Source: Dictyostelium discoideum
Taxonomy: Eukaryota
Direction of reading: 5' to 3'
DNA length: 64,000 nt
NCBI GenBank assembly: GCA_000004695.1
Contig: CM000150.2
Span: forward strand, 2,592,001-2,656,000
The notes below the pieces were generated by a model. The model ran no database searches and was not told the origin of the DNA. It saw nothing but the letters and a program-made list of their open reading frames with translations. The position numbers were made by a program, and so were the translations under genes. Positions 44,557 through 56,700 of this stretch are shown here, piece after piece. Position 1 is the stretch's first letter. Every line of letters starts with the position of its first letter.

Positions 44557-44607
<51 letters not shown>

Positions 44608-44801
44608 AAAAATAAATAAAATTTATTTACTCACAGAAAAAAAACGAGCTTTTTAAAAAAGTTTTCGTTTTGTCATTTTTTTTTTTTAATTTATTTTTAT
44701 TTTTAATTTTTTATTTATTATCATCTCTCAATTGAAAAAAAAAAAAAAAATTTATTATTATTATTTTATTATTAATAAATAATAAATAATAAATAATAAA
44801 T

Positions 44802-45126
44802 ATGGCAGTTAGTAAAAATATAAAATCAAATGTTTCTACACATGTAACAAAGAAAGCAACTAAAAAAACTACAAATAATGGTGAAGAATCAAAAACTGTT
44901 AAAAAAGCAGTCAATAATAAATTATTATCTGATGAAATCAATGAAATTTTACATAGTTCAGAGAATATAAAGAAATCAATTGATCCAGAATCCATGGATT
45001 ATTTTGGTGATTCAGCAAAAGTATCGAAATCTGATGAAAATTTTGGTGAAATTGAAGATGATAAGTATGTACATATTTTTCCCTTTTTTTTTTTATAAAA
45101 ATTATAATTAGCTAATTATTTATTAC

Positions 45127-45223
<97 letters not shown>

Positions 45224-45727
45224 GTCGAGGTACAAGATTAAAGGGTGATATTCCAACAGAATTCACATCTGGTAAATATTCAGGTAAAAAATCATCAAGA
45301 AAAGATAATGATATGGAAGAAGATGATGAACTTGATCAAGATAATGAATATGATATTTTTGGTGGTGATAAACAAGATGATGATGATGGTGATGATGACA
45401 ACAGTGAGGATTTAGATGATGCTTTTGATTTTCAAGATAAACAAGATGATGATGATGATGATGATGACAAAGAAGATGATGATGAAGATGATGATGATGA
45501 TGAAAATGTTGTAGTATCATCAAATATTGATAGAGCTGATATGTTATTTAAAAAATTACAAAAACAAGAAAAGGAAGAAGAAAAACAACCAAAATTAGTT
45601 GGTCACACAAATGAAGCTGATGAAATGGAAAAAGCTCAAAATACAAAGAATCAAACTGTAAATAATATATTATTTTATTTATTTATTCATTTATTTATTT
45701 ATTGAATTATTTAATTGACTCAATTTA

Positions 45728-45808
<81 letters not shown>

Positions 45809-46688
45809 TTAGGCATTATATAATGAATTTTTAACAACTAGAATTTTATTACAAAAAACTATAAATTGTGCAAATAAATTACCAAAACCAAAAATATATA
45901 AAGAATTTTTAGAATTAAATGATGAATCATTACAAAAGAAATTTAAAGAAACTAAAACAGCATCATGTTTATTAATATCAGAATTATATAATCTTCAATC
46001 TGAATTGATTGATTTAAATGATGAAATTCCAAAACAACAACAATCAAAGAAAAGAATTAGACCAGATCAAAGTTTATCAGAGATTTGGAATACCATTGAA
46101 GAACAAAATCAAAGATTAGATCAATTTCATAATCAAACAATTACAAAATGGAATAATAGAATTAGCGTTACTTCTTCAATCAATAGTGGTGGTAAAGGTG
46201 GAAATAATTTGAAATCACTTAATCAATCAATTTTATCACAAATTCAAAATACATTAAATGATTTTGAAAGATTACAAAAAAGAACAAAATTAAAGAGAAC
46301 TACATATAGAATTATAGGCGAGAAGCAACAACAACTATCAAGTGCAAATAGTATTGACCAAAATGAAGAAGAAAAAGATGAATATGATGATGAGATTTTC
46401 GATGATACAGATTTCTATCAAACTTTATTAAAAGATTTAGAGGCTAATAATAGTGAAGAGAATGAAGTTGGTTCACAATATTGGATTGAAATGAGAAATT
46501 TAAAAAAGAAAAAGAAGAAGAAGGTTAATCAAAAAGCATCAAAGGGTAGAATCCTTCGTTATGAAGTTTTCCCAAAACTTGAAAATTTTATGACACCACA
46601 ATCATTACCAATCCCTGATTGGAATATTGATCAACTTTATCAAAATTTATTTGGTGGTTTAGGAAATGTTAATATTAATTTAAATTAG
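44802..46688 (+). CDS. AATF/Che-1/Traube (yeast Bfr2) homologue with an acidic N-terminus, in three exons: 44802..45064, 45225..45657 and 45813..46688.
   Basis: The C-terminal region [69 protein letters not shown]....LYQNLFGG matches the human AATF TRAUB domain (EIFDDDDFYHQLLRELIE...[21 protein letters not shown]...LYRSLFG). Asp/Glu runs are encoded by GAT/GAA repeats. Both introns are pure (ATT)n/(TTA)n with GTATGT and GTAAAT donors. Phases were checked. Confidence 0.75.
45121..45221. repeat. (ATT)n microsatellite of about 33 units, intron 1 of the AATF homologue.
   Basis: Direct reading. Confidence 0.9.
45721..45806. repeat. (TTA)n microsatellite of about 28 units, intron 2 of the AATF homologue.
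   Basis: Direct reading. Confidence 0.9.
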
Positions 46689-46838
46689 AGATTTAATTAA
46701 AATAAAAAAAAATAAAATAAATAAAAATAAAATAAAATAATAAAAAAAAAAAATCAATTGCTTATTTAATTTTTTTTTTGATTTTTGATTTTTTAATTGT
46801 TTTTTTTTTTTTTTAGGATGTATCAAATAAATAAAAAG

Positions 46839-46877
<39 letters not shown>

Positions 46878-46881
46878 TGGG

Positions 46882-46912
<31 letters not shown>

Positions 46913-47126
46913 CAAAATTTTGTGTCCTTTGACAATAAAAATAAATTGCTTAAACAAAAATTAGTGTTTTTATTTTGTTTTATTTTTATTTTTTATATCT
47001 CGATTGATTCAATAAATTTTTTTCCAAAAAAAAAAAAAAAAAAAAAAAAAAAACTTTTTTAAAAAAATAATTAAAGAAAAAATTTAAAAAAAAAAAAAAA
47101 ATTTTTAAAAAAAAAAAGTAAAAATT

Positions 47127-47166
<40 letters not shown>

Positions 47167-47563
47167 CCGAAGTTTTTTTTTTTTTTTTTTTTTTATTTTC
47201 AAGACCGACTTCTTCAGACAAAAGTGTACGTTAATTTTATACATATAATTTTTTTTTTTTTTATCATTTTTTTTTTTTTTTTTTATTATTGTTTACTTTA
47301 TTATTGTTTTTTATAATTTTTTTTTGTCTTATATGTACTTTTTAGACGCACAAAAATAGAAAATTAAAATAAAAAAAGAGTAAAACAAATGGCCTTTGTA
47401 TTGTGTGTTTTCAAATAGAAAAAAAAAAAAAAATTTATAAATAGAAGTTTATTTTCACCTTTTTTATCTTTTATTTGTTTATTCTTATTTTCTTTTTTTC
47501 TTTTTTTTTTTTTTCTTTTTTTTTTTTTCTTAACACACAATACCAAATAATAAAATAAAACTT

Positions 47564-47608
<45 letters not shown>

Positions 47609-48022
47609 TTAAAACCAAATTATTAAAAAGAAAGGAAAATTTAGTTTCTTATACTTTTCACATTTTGTTGGAGGGACTTTGATATAATTTCAACAATCAA
47701 TTCAATTAGTAATATCAACTGAACTAAAAAAATAAAAAAAATAAAATAAAAAAATAAAAAAAAAAAAAATAAAAAAAAAAAAAAAACCCCAAACCTCATT
47801 CTTTTTTACACATATAAAAATAGATACATTTGTGTTGTGCATTCGTTTTTTTTTTTTTTTTTTTTTTTTTTCACAAAAAAAAAAATAAAAATTAATTTAA
47901 ATTTAATTTTAAATTTATTATTTTTTTCTCACATACGACAAACTAAAAAAAAATAAATTATTAATTTTTAATTTTTTTTTTATTATTATTAAAATTTAAA
48001 TCACAAACGAAAGAAATAAAAC

Positions 48023-48722
48023 ATGTCCGCAAGGTAAATAGAATATGAAAAAACTAGTTTTTTTTTTTTGGCATCCTCTTTATATTTTTTCCTCCATAAA
48101 AAAAAAAAAAAAAAGCAAAAAAAAAAAAAGTTATAACAGGAATAAATAAAATAAGCTTCTTTTTTTTTTTTTTTTTTTTTTATCTGAGAGGGGGAGATAA
48201 AAAAAAAAAGAGGAAAAAAAAAAAAAAAGAAAAAAAGAAATAAAAATAGAACTCAAAATACTAATCAAGTTTTTTTTTTTTTTTTTTTATATTTAATAAA
48301 ATAGTAATAAAGATGACCAACTCATGAAAAATGAGTTCGAAAGTACCTACGACAAAATTGTCGATTCATTCGACAATATGGAGCTCCCAAAGGATCTCTT
48401 AAGAGGTATCTACTCCTATGGTTTTGAAAAGCCATCAGCCATCCAACAAAGAGCTATCATTCCACTCTCAAAAGGTTTTGATATTATTGCCCAAGCTCAA
48501 TCTGGTACTGGTAAAACTGCTACCTTCACCGTTGGTATCTTATCTAGAATTGATATTTCAGTCCTCAAATGTCAAGCTCTCATCATTGCCCCAACTCGTG
48601 AACTTGCTCAACAAATTCAAAAGGTAAATATTAAATAACCAAGATGACAAATACAGATGACGATGATAACAACGAAACAGATAACTAATAGAAAATCAAT
48701 TGGTGAATTATGATTAATTTGA

Positions 48723-48784
<62 letters not shown>

Positions 48785-49648
48785 TTATAGGTTGTTTTAG
48801 CTTTAGGTGAATATTTACACATTAAATCATACGCATGTATTGGTGGTACTAAGATTACTGATGATATTCAAGCCCTCCAAAGTGGTGTACACGTAGTTGT
48901 CGGTACCCCAGGTCGTGTCTTTGAAATGTTATCACGTGGTATCATTAATCGTGACACCATTAGAATTTTCTGTCTTGATGAAGCTGATGAAATGTTATCA
49001 CGTGGTTTCAAGGATCAAATCTATGAAATTTTCAGATTCTTACCAAAGACCATCCAAGTTGGTTTATTCTCTGCCACCATGACTGATGAAACTTTAGGTA
49101 TCACAAGCAAATTCATGCAAAACCCAGTCAGTATCCTCGTCAAAAAGGATGAATTAACCCTTGAAGGTATTAGACAATTCTACGTCAACGTTGGTGTTGA
49201 ACAAGGTAAATTTGAAGTTTTAACCGATCTCTACGAAACCCTCTCTATCACTCAATCCGTTATTTTCTGTAACACCCGTAGAAAGGTCGATTGGTTAACA
49301 AGCAAAATGACCGAACAAAAATTCACCGTCTCATCAACTCACGGTGACCAAAAGGATCGTGATGGTATCTTACAAGCTTTCCGTTCTGGTGCTACTCGTG
49401 TCCTCATCACCACCGATCTCTTAGCTCGTGGTATTGATGTCCAACAAGTATCACTCGTTATCAACTTTGATTTACCAACCAACATTGAAAATTACATTCA
49501 TCGTATCGGTCGTTCAGGTCGTTTCGGTCGTAAGGGTGTTGCCATCAACTTTATCACTGACGCTGAAAGAGGTCAAATCGATGAATTATCTCGTCATTAC
49601 AATACCTACATTGCCGAAATGCCACAAGACATTGGAAGTTTCCTCTAA
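48023..49648 (+). CDS. ifdA: Translation initiation factor eIF4A (DEAD-box helicase), about 395 aa, in three exons: 48023..48033 (11-nt microexon), 48305..48623 and 48791..49648.
   Basis: Spliced N-terminus [31 protein letters not shown], compared with human MSAS.....NWNEIVDSFDDMNL. Motifs: Q-motif [10 protein letters not shown], Walker [19 protein letters not shown] (LDEADEM), [16 protein letters not shown]. Near-identity to human EIF4A1 through the core. Donors: GTAAAT at 48034 and 48624. The gene symbol is recalled, not verified. Confidence 0.9.
48721..48782. repeat. (TAA)n microsatellite of about 20 units in eIF4A intron 2.
   Basis: Direct reading. Confidence 0.9.
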
Positions 49649-49871
49649 ACGAGTTCCAAAAATGGTTTATAGTTCAGTTGGTCCCCATTTGGTGAGGGCC
49701 ATAGGGTTTATAAATCGACCGCCCCCCTCCCTATCCAATACTCACACCACAACAACATATTTCATCCGCTCATTATAAAAACAACAAAAACTTCAACTCT
49801 TTTACACCTCGTTTAATAAAAAAAAAAAAAAAAAAAAATTTAAAAAAAAAAAATATCCTTTGTTATTATTA

Positions 49872-49905
<34 letters not shown>

Positions 49906-50148
49906 TAGAGGGTTTTATTCTATTTCCATTTTTTTTCTTTATTTTGCAATTTCAATGATTATTTATTTTGAATAATTTTAATTTTCCAATTATTAAAAGT
50001 ATAAAAGTAATATCTTTAACCATTTTGTTTATGTTTAAAAATTCTAAATAGCATCTTTAAATCTTTAGTTGTTCATCCATTTCCAAAAGGTTTATACCCT
50101 TTATTAGAATAATTTGATTACAATTTATTATTAATACATTCATTTAAG

Positions 50149-50196
<48 letters not shown>

Positions 50197-50576
50197 GAAA
50201 TATTATTATTATTTTTCGTTTATAGATTTTGGTATAATAGTTAATTTATTGGATTGGTTATCATAATCCTTTGGATTCTTTTGAAAAAGAATTGAAAATT
50301 AGTGTAATCTTTTGATTTTTTTAAGAAGTGTCAATTTAAAAAAAAAAAAAAAAAAAATAATAATATAATATAATCTATCATAAACTAGTTTTAATTGCTG
50401 ATTTATATTGGTATGTATTTAAAAGTATATTATTCTTTTTGATAGGTTGGGTCAAGGGATATTTTTTTTTTTTTTTGCACTTGGATGGGTGCAAATAATA
50501 AATTTCAAACCTTTTTTTTTTTTTTCTTTAATATTTTAATTTTATTATATATATTTTTTTTATTATTAAAAAATAT

Positions 50577-51428
50577 TTAATTTTTGATTGGATTATATTC
50601 ATTAATAATATCTTTCCAATTTTTTAAATTATAATCAAAAAGTTGATTTGATTTTGGGTGAGGATTTAATAAGAATTGTTCAGCTTCTTCTAAAGTTACT
50701 TCCTTTATTGATGGTGATGTTGGTAAATTATTTATAGTTTTTAAAAGGTTATTAATTATATGATCTTTGGATTGATATCTATCTTTTAATTTACAGAGGA
50801 ATGAAAGGTGGTCTCTATTTTGACGATATTCAGGTATTTTATCAGGCTGTTTCAAACAAGCCATCATATGATCATCTTTAAAATCATATAGAAATGAGGT
50901 ATGATGTAAAAATTTATGTTTTGAAAATGATTGTGCATTACCTCCAAATTTTTGTTTACCAAATGCATAATCGTTCTCTTGTAATCTAAAATCTAATTGT
51001 TCTTGAAAAACATGTTTATAAAATGAATTTGCTGACCAATTCATTATATCTTTTGGATAAATATTACCAACATTAATACTTGTGGTGGTAGTTTCTGTTG
51101 TTGTTGTTGTTGTTGTTGATGACATGGTTGGAAATAATTGTTTTAATGTTTCAAATTCGAATAAAATTGAAGTAAATAATGTGTTTTCATCAGCAACTAC
51201 TGTACCACCACCAGAAAAACGTTTCATTGTTTGAATACCTCTAGATTCGACTTCATCTAAATTCACCAATTTATCAGCTTTGCCTGTGGCTCCAACAATT
51301 ACTATTGGTTCTGGTGTACCATTATTTATAATTATCCAATTACCTGAATTTGGTGTTCTATATAAAGCTTCTTCAATTTGAAGTTGTTTTAAAATTGGAA
51401 ATCTATTTAATCGTAATAATCTAATCAT
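50577..51428 (-). CDS. Lipoate-protein ligase / lipoyltransferase, LplA/LIPT1 family (BPL/LPL catalytic domain), 283 aa, single exon.
   Basis: Family signature MKRFSGGGTVVADENTLF (compare LplA RRSSGGGAVFHD and LIPT1 RRNSGGGTVYHD). The upstream LRLNRFPILKQLQIEEALY...NWIIINNG...IVIVGATGK resembles the LplA N-terminal fold. A poly-Thr insert is present. Confidence 0.65.
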   Translation of the reverse strand: MIRLLRLNRFPILKQLQIEEALYRTPNSGNWIIINNGTPEPIVIVGATGKADKLVNLDEVESRGIQTMKRFSGGGTVVADENTLFTSILFEFETLKQLFPTMSSTTTTTTTETTTTSINVGNIYPKDIMNWSANSFYKHVFQEQLDFRLQENDYAFGKQKFGGNAQSFSKHKFLHHTSFLYDFKDDHMMACLKQPDKIPEYRQNRDHLSFLCKLKDRYQSKDHIINNLLKTINNLPTSPSIKEVTLEEAEQFLLNPHPKSNQLFDYNLKNWKDIINEYNPIKN

Positions 51429-52088
51429 CTAATAAATAAATAAATACAATAAAGTAATGATATCGTTTTTTCATATGAAAAAAAAAATAAAAAAAAATAA
51501 AAAAAAACAAAAAAAAAAAAATTTAAAAATAAAAAAACTTTTTTAATCTTTTTTTTAATTGATTACTTTTACCTTTTTTTTCTTTTTTATTAATTTAAAT
51601 TAAAATTTTAATATTAATTGGCCTTTTTTTACCAAATGGAATAATTTTTTATATTTTTTTAAAAAAAAACAAAAAAATATTTATATAAAAAAAAGAAATA
51701 AAAAAAATATAAAAAAAAAAAAAAAAAAAATTATAATACCAAATTACTTAAATTCACATTTAAATTCTAAAATATATAAAATCATTATTACAAAATTAAA
51801 TAATACATTTTTGTTTTTTTAATTTTATAATATTATTTTTTAATTAACCCATAATTTTTTTTTAAACTTGGAAAATAGTTTAATTTTCTTTTTTTTTTTT
51901 TTAAAAGTTTCCTTTTTATTTTTTTTTTTTACTTTAAAGGAATACTTTATTTTTAAAAAAACTCAATATTTCTTAGAAAAAAAAAAATCAAAAAAATTTC
52001 ATTTTTTTTTTTTTAATTAAATTTTTTTTTTTTGTTTCATTTTTTATTTAAACTACAGTTTACAATTAATAAATAAATAAAAATTAAA

Positions 52089-52150
52089 ATGGGTTCTTCA
52101 TCACAATCACAACCACCACCACAACAACAACAACAACAACAACCACAACC

Positions 52151-52181
<31 letters not shown>

Positions 52182-52186
52182 CCACC

Positions 52187-52223
<37 letters not shown>

Positions 52224-53514
52224 CCACAACAACAACCACAAACACAACCACCACAACAACAACAACAACAGCAACAGCAACAACAACCACAACAACAGCA
52301 ACAACAACCACAACAACCACCACAAGCCTCCAATTCAAGATTTTCTCCATCCACAAATGATGGTAATGTTGGACCAACACCATCCAATACTGCTACATTG
52401 GATGGTATAGCATTTTCAGCCAAATCAGAAAATGCATTTGAAATATCACAAGTATTGAGTGCTATATACAAAGTTGACCCTGAAAAGAGTAAAAAAAAAG
52501 ATATTCAAAATGTAAGTTCAGAATAGCACAATAAAAACAAAAAATTCTATTTACTTTTATTAACACATTTATTATTATTATTAATAGCAATTTGCAATTT
52601 GTAAAATTGCAGAGAATGCATTAACATTTATTGTTGAAGAAGGAAAACATTTCCAAGGTTTAGCAGGTTTTAAAAATACATTTTTTAAAGAATATAATTT
52701 TAATGCATCTCCTCAACAAGGTGCTTCAACAGCAGATCAGCAACAACAACAGCAAACATTATTATTCAAAATTAATTTATCAATGTTATTAGATTGTTTA
52801 ACAATTTTTGGTAATTCAAGTTTTACATCTGTTCAATTCTTATATAAAGGGTATGGTTCACCCTTTATTTTATTATTAGAGGAAATTGGTGGTGGTGTTG
52901 AAACACATTGTTCAATTAAAACAATGGATGCAGATGAAATTTTAGAGTTTGATTTACTTACACCTGTATCAAATAAATTATTTATGGAATCAGAGAACCT
53001 TTTAGAGGCTTTTGGAGAACTGGATTATACTTCAAACTCTTTAAATATTTTATTAACACCCGAAGCACCTTTCTTTAGATTATCAACCAATGGTCAAATG
53101 GGTTCATTCAGAATGGACTATTGTAAAAAGAAATCGGCTGATGATACATTTGAATATCATGACCTTCAAATACCAATTGAATACTCTTTCCCATTATCTC
53201 TTATAAAGCCATGTATTAAAGCACTCTCTCTTTCAAAGAAAACTCGTATAAGTCTTACTCAAGGTGGTCTTTTATCATTTCACCATATTATTACGACTGG
53301 CCCACAACAACATTTAGTTGAATTCTTTATTTTAGCATCTTCAAATAATTTAGATGAAAATTATTATAATCAAAGTAATAATTTAAATAATCAAAACCAA
53401 AGTAATAATAATAACAATAATACTGATAGTAATAATAATATTAATAATAATAATAATAATAATAATAATGTAAATACAAGTAATGATGTTCGTATGGAAG
53501 ATATGCAATATTAA
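52089..53514 (+). CDS. Rad1 checkpoint clamp (9-1-1 complex) homologue, about 449 aa, in two exons, 52089..52511 and 52588..53514, with an N-terminal polyQ/P tract of about 80 residues and a C-terminal polyN.
   Basis: LFKINLSMLLDCLTIFGNSSFTSVQFLYKGYGSPFILLLEEIGGGVETHCSIKTMDADEILEFDL and PFFRLSTNGQMGSFRMDY match human RAD1 (FRINLTVLLDCLSIFGSS...LRMCYQGYGYPLMLFLEEGGVVTVCKINTQEPEETLDFDF; PYFRLSTFGNAGSSHLDY). GTAAGT donor at 52512, ..ttaatag acceptor at 52587, phase 0. Confidence 0.75.
52117..52320 (+). repeat. Coding (CAA)n/(CAG)/(CCA) array that encodes the polyQ/P N-terminus of the Rad1 homologue.
   Basis: Direct reading. It gives spurious poly-Cys, poly-Val and poly-Leu ORFs on the opposite strand (52037..52471, 52084..52383, 52107..52325). 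Confidence 0.9.
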
Positions 53515-53713
53515 TTAAATGTTAATAAAAAATTGTAAATAGGACTTTTTTTTTGAAAAAAAAAAATAAAAAAAAAAAAAAATAATTAAAAATTCGAGTA
53601 AATAAATAAGTATATATACAATATTTTTTTATTTTTTTTTTTTAAAGATTTTAATTTTTTTTTTTTTTAATCAAAAATATTTTTAATTATTATTTTTTTT
53701 TTTTTATAATTCT

Positions 53714-56700
53714 TTATTTAAAAGAATTACCTTTTTTATTTGATTTATTTTGATTAGCATGTGAAAAAGCGAAACCAGTATTAACTTTATCATGTCTTAT
53801 TGATTTCATCCAAGTTAAGAATTTAATTCTCTTCTTTTTTCTTTTTTCTTGTTGTTGTGGAGATTCAACACCCATTTCTTCGATATCATTGGTCTTTGAA
53901 AATTTAGCCAAGTTTTCTTTACTCATAATATCGGATGGTTTACCATAGATTTTCTCGATTTCTTGAACGATTTGATAGTTGTAAGGTTTAACATCTCTTT
54001 GGATGTATTTGTAAATGACGTCGGGTGCCAAACAAATGGTTGGTAGCACAGCTATTGATAACCAGAATGATGGACTTGCAAATATTTTATAGGCAACATA
54101 ATAGATATCACCACTTGAAGTTGAACCAATACCTGGAATTGCAGCTAAAACTGCTACCCAAGCGAACCAAATTAAAATGGAAGCCCAAATTGAGAAATGA
54201 GTAATCCAAGTCCAATAACGAGTTTCAAATGCCAACTTAAAGTTTACGGTTATAACCACGAGAATGAAAATATTTTGACCCATTGCCCAAAGGTCCAAAG
54301 TGTCACCAGATTCCAATAAAGTACTACCATGACTGTAGAGACCATAAACACCAAAGAAAATAACCACTGAATGAATCCAAGCTTCAACGATCCAAACCCA
54401 AAGTACACGTAAATTGAATTCACTATCTTTTTGACCACTTGCATATAGTTGAGGATATTTTTGTGATGATTCAGCAGAGACATCTTGATCAAAGATAGCA
54501 CAAACAATAATTGGAAGACCAGTGAAAACTACATTGAAAATTGAAATGGACCAAGAATCAAACATTGTTTGAGCAGAGAAGGAATTGTAAATACCAAACC
54601 AAAATTGTGTCATTGCAAACACCATATTCTTGTAGAAACAATATAACATAAGTTTACTATTTCTCTTGTAATCCCAACGACCATGTACAACCAATAAACG
54701 ATAGAGGAAACTAAATTGTGCAATCGAATAATCGGATGCCATAACTGCTTGCATACCCTCATGACCACTAATACCAATACCAATGTGAGCTGCTTGAATC
54801 ATAGAAACATCGTTTGCACCATCACCAATTGCCAATGTAACGGCACGTAATGTATCACGAACCATTTTAACAACTTGAGCTTTTTGAAGTGGAGTGGTAC
54901 GACAACAAATAACAGATTTACAATTGGCAGCCAATTCAAGGAAAACCGATTTCAATTCGCCTTCCAAGGCAAAGTTTAGACATGAACCTTCGACAACCAA
55001 TGCAAAGCCAGAGTTTTGATGATTTTCGGCATCATCACTAAAGTAAGCATCGATAGCACCTTGAATTTGATTGTGTACATCCTCTTGATTACTACCATTC
55101 AAAATGATAATCCTCATATCCGATGTTAAAAGATGACATGAGAAACCAATGTTGATGGCAGTTTCTTGTTTATCACCAGTGAGTACCCAAATTTTAATGT
55201 TTGCTTTAATGAGATTTGCAATTGCTTGTGGTACACCCTCTTGAAGTTTATCTTCAATAGCGGTTGAACCAATCAGACTGAGATTACGTTCAATCAATTC
55301 ACTAACTTTGTCAACTTTCATATCACGATCTTGAATGGAGATTGCAGCTTCTTTGTAGAGTTCATTCCATTGTTGATAATCTTCCTCCTCGAGGTAAGTG
55401 TAGGCAAGACATAAAGTTCTAAGACCATCTGCAGCAAAATCTTGAAGAAACTCTAGTGTGATTGAATAAAGTTCCTCTTGATCCTTTCTAAGTAATGGAA
55501 GTACGGTGGTATCAGCACCTTTACAATAGAGTATGATACGACCTTGTGGATTACGACAAATGACAGACATTCTCTTACGATCACTATTAAATTCTAAAAC
55601 GTTTAAAACTTCGAATCTTTCAATCTTTCCACGAATATTTACAAGACAACCGGTTGGATCACGATTATAGAAAGCATAACCCAAATTCTTTGCAGCGGAA
55701 ACCAAGGCAGCCTCATCGGGTGAAGAAGCTTCATAAATGATTTCAGAGTCATCTTTATTTGGACGATCAGGTACGACGGAATGACAAACAGCCAACAAAG
55801 TGAGGAATTCATTGATGAGGAAAGATTGTTCGGAATTTTTATCCTCATCCAAGTGAGTGATTATACGACGATCCTTAAAGCCAAACTTTGGATCGGCACC
55901 AACTATACCCTCCATTGCGATACCATATGGTTTATTTGAGGAGGCATCATCTTCTCTTTCGACATTACCATAGACCATTTTACCAACAGAACATTTCAAG
56001 AAATCCATTTGATTTCTAGTGAGTGTACCAGTTTTATCAGAGAAAATGTATTCGATTTGACCCAACTCTTCACTGAGATTACTTGTACGAGTACGTGCTG
56101 GTGTATTTGTTTCAGGATCATACATTTTCACATCCCAACCCACATAAACGGCTTGAGCAACCTTTACCAACTCCAAAGAGACATACAAAGAAATTGGAAT
56201 CATAACTGCGAAAGCAATCATAAATGAAAAGAGATTGAGAACTGCTTTACGTACATCTTTTTGTTCGAAATCCAAATACCATTGTTTATCGATATTGGTG
56301 CTGGTGAGAATGACACTAACAATCATACCAACTACACAAACCACAAACATAATAATGAAAAGATTGATGAGTGCTCTATTGACCAACTTTTCCAAAGTAC
56401 TTCTTTTCGATGGAGCATCGGTTGAATTTTGCATCAATTTGGTATCCTCACCAGTGTAAACCACTGCACCATAAATCCATTCCGTATTTCTAAGGACACA
56501 ACCTCTTAACAATGTTTGTGTATTATTCAATGGATGCTTTTGGCTATCGTCGGTCATTTGAATTGCACCATTGTAAACGTAAATGACATTGTTTGGATGT
56601 TCACATTCTATATTACCTCTGAAATGCGCTAAATCCTCTTCGGATCTTAAAATTTCAAATGTTTGTGGAATGGCTTGACGTTGTTTCAAATTGGTTTCAC

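Noticed and set aside
48624-48790. Possible intronic box C/D snoRNA in eIF4A intron 2. EIF4A2 introns host snoRNAs in vertebrates, and the intron has GATGACGATGATAAC.
   Set aside because: There is no canonical RUGAUGA C box with a matching CUGA D box and terminal stem. The rest of the intron is (TAA)n.
49655-49740. Possible tRNA (TAGTTCAGTTGGT D-arm-like, GGGTTTATAAATCGACC T-arm-like)
   Set aside because: No 7-bp acceptor stem pairing, the D-stem does not base-pair, and there is no anticodon stem. It does not fold into a cloverleaf by eye. It is kept only as an unexplained GC-rich element.
52037-52471. Minus-strand ORFs encoding poly-Cys/Gly, poly-Val and poly-Leu/Trp proteins
   Set aside because: They are antisense or frame-shifted readings of the (CAA)n polyQ array of the Rad1 gene. 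They are pure repeat artefacts.
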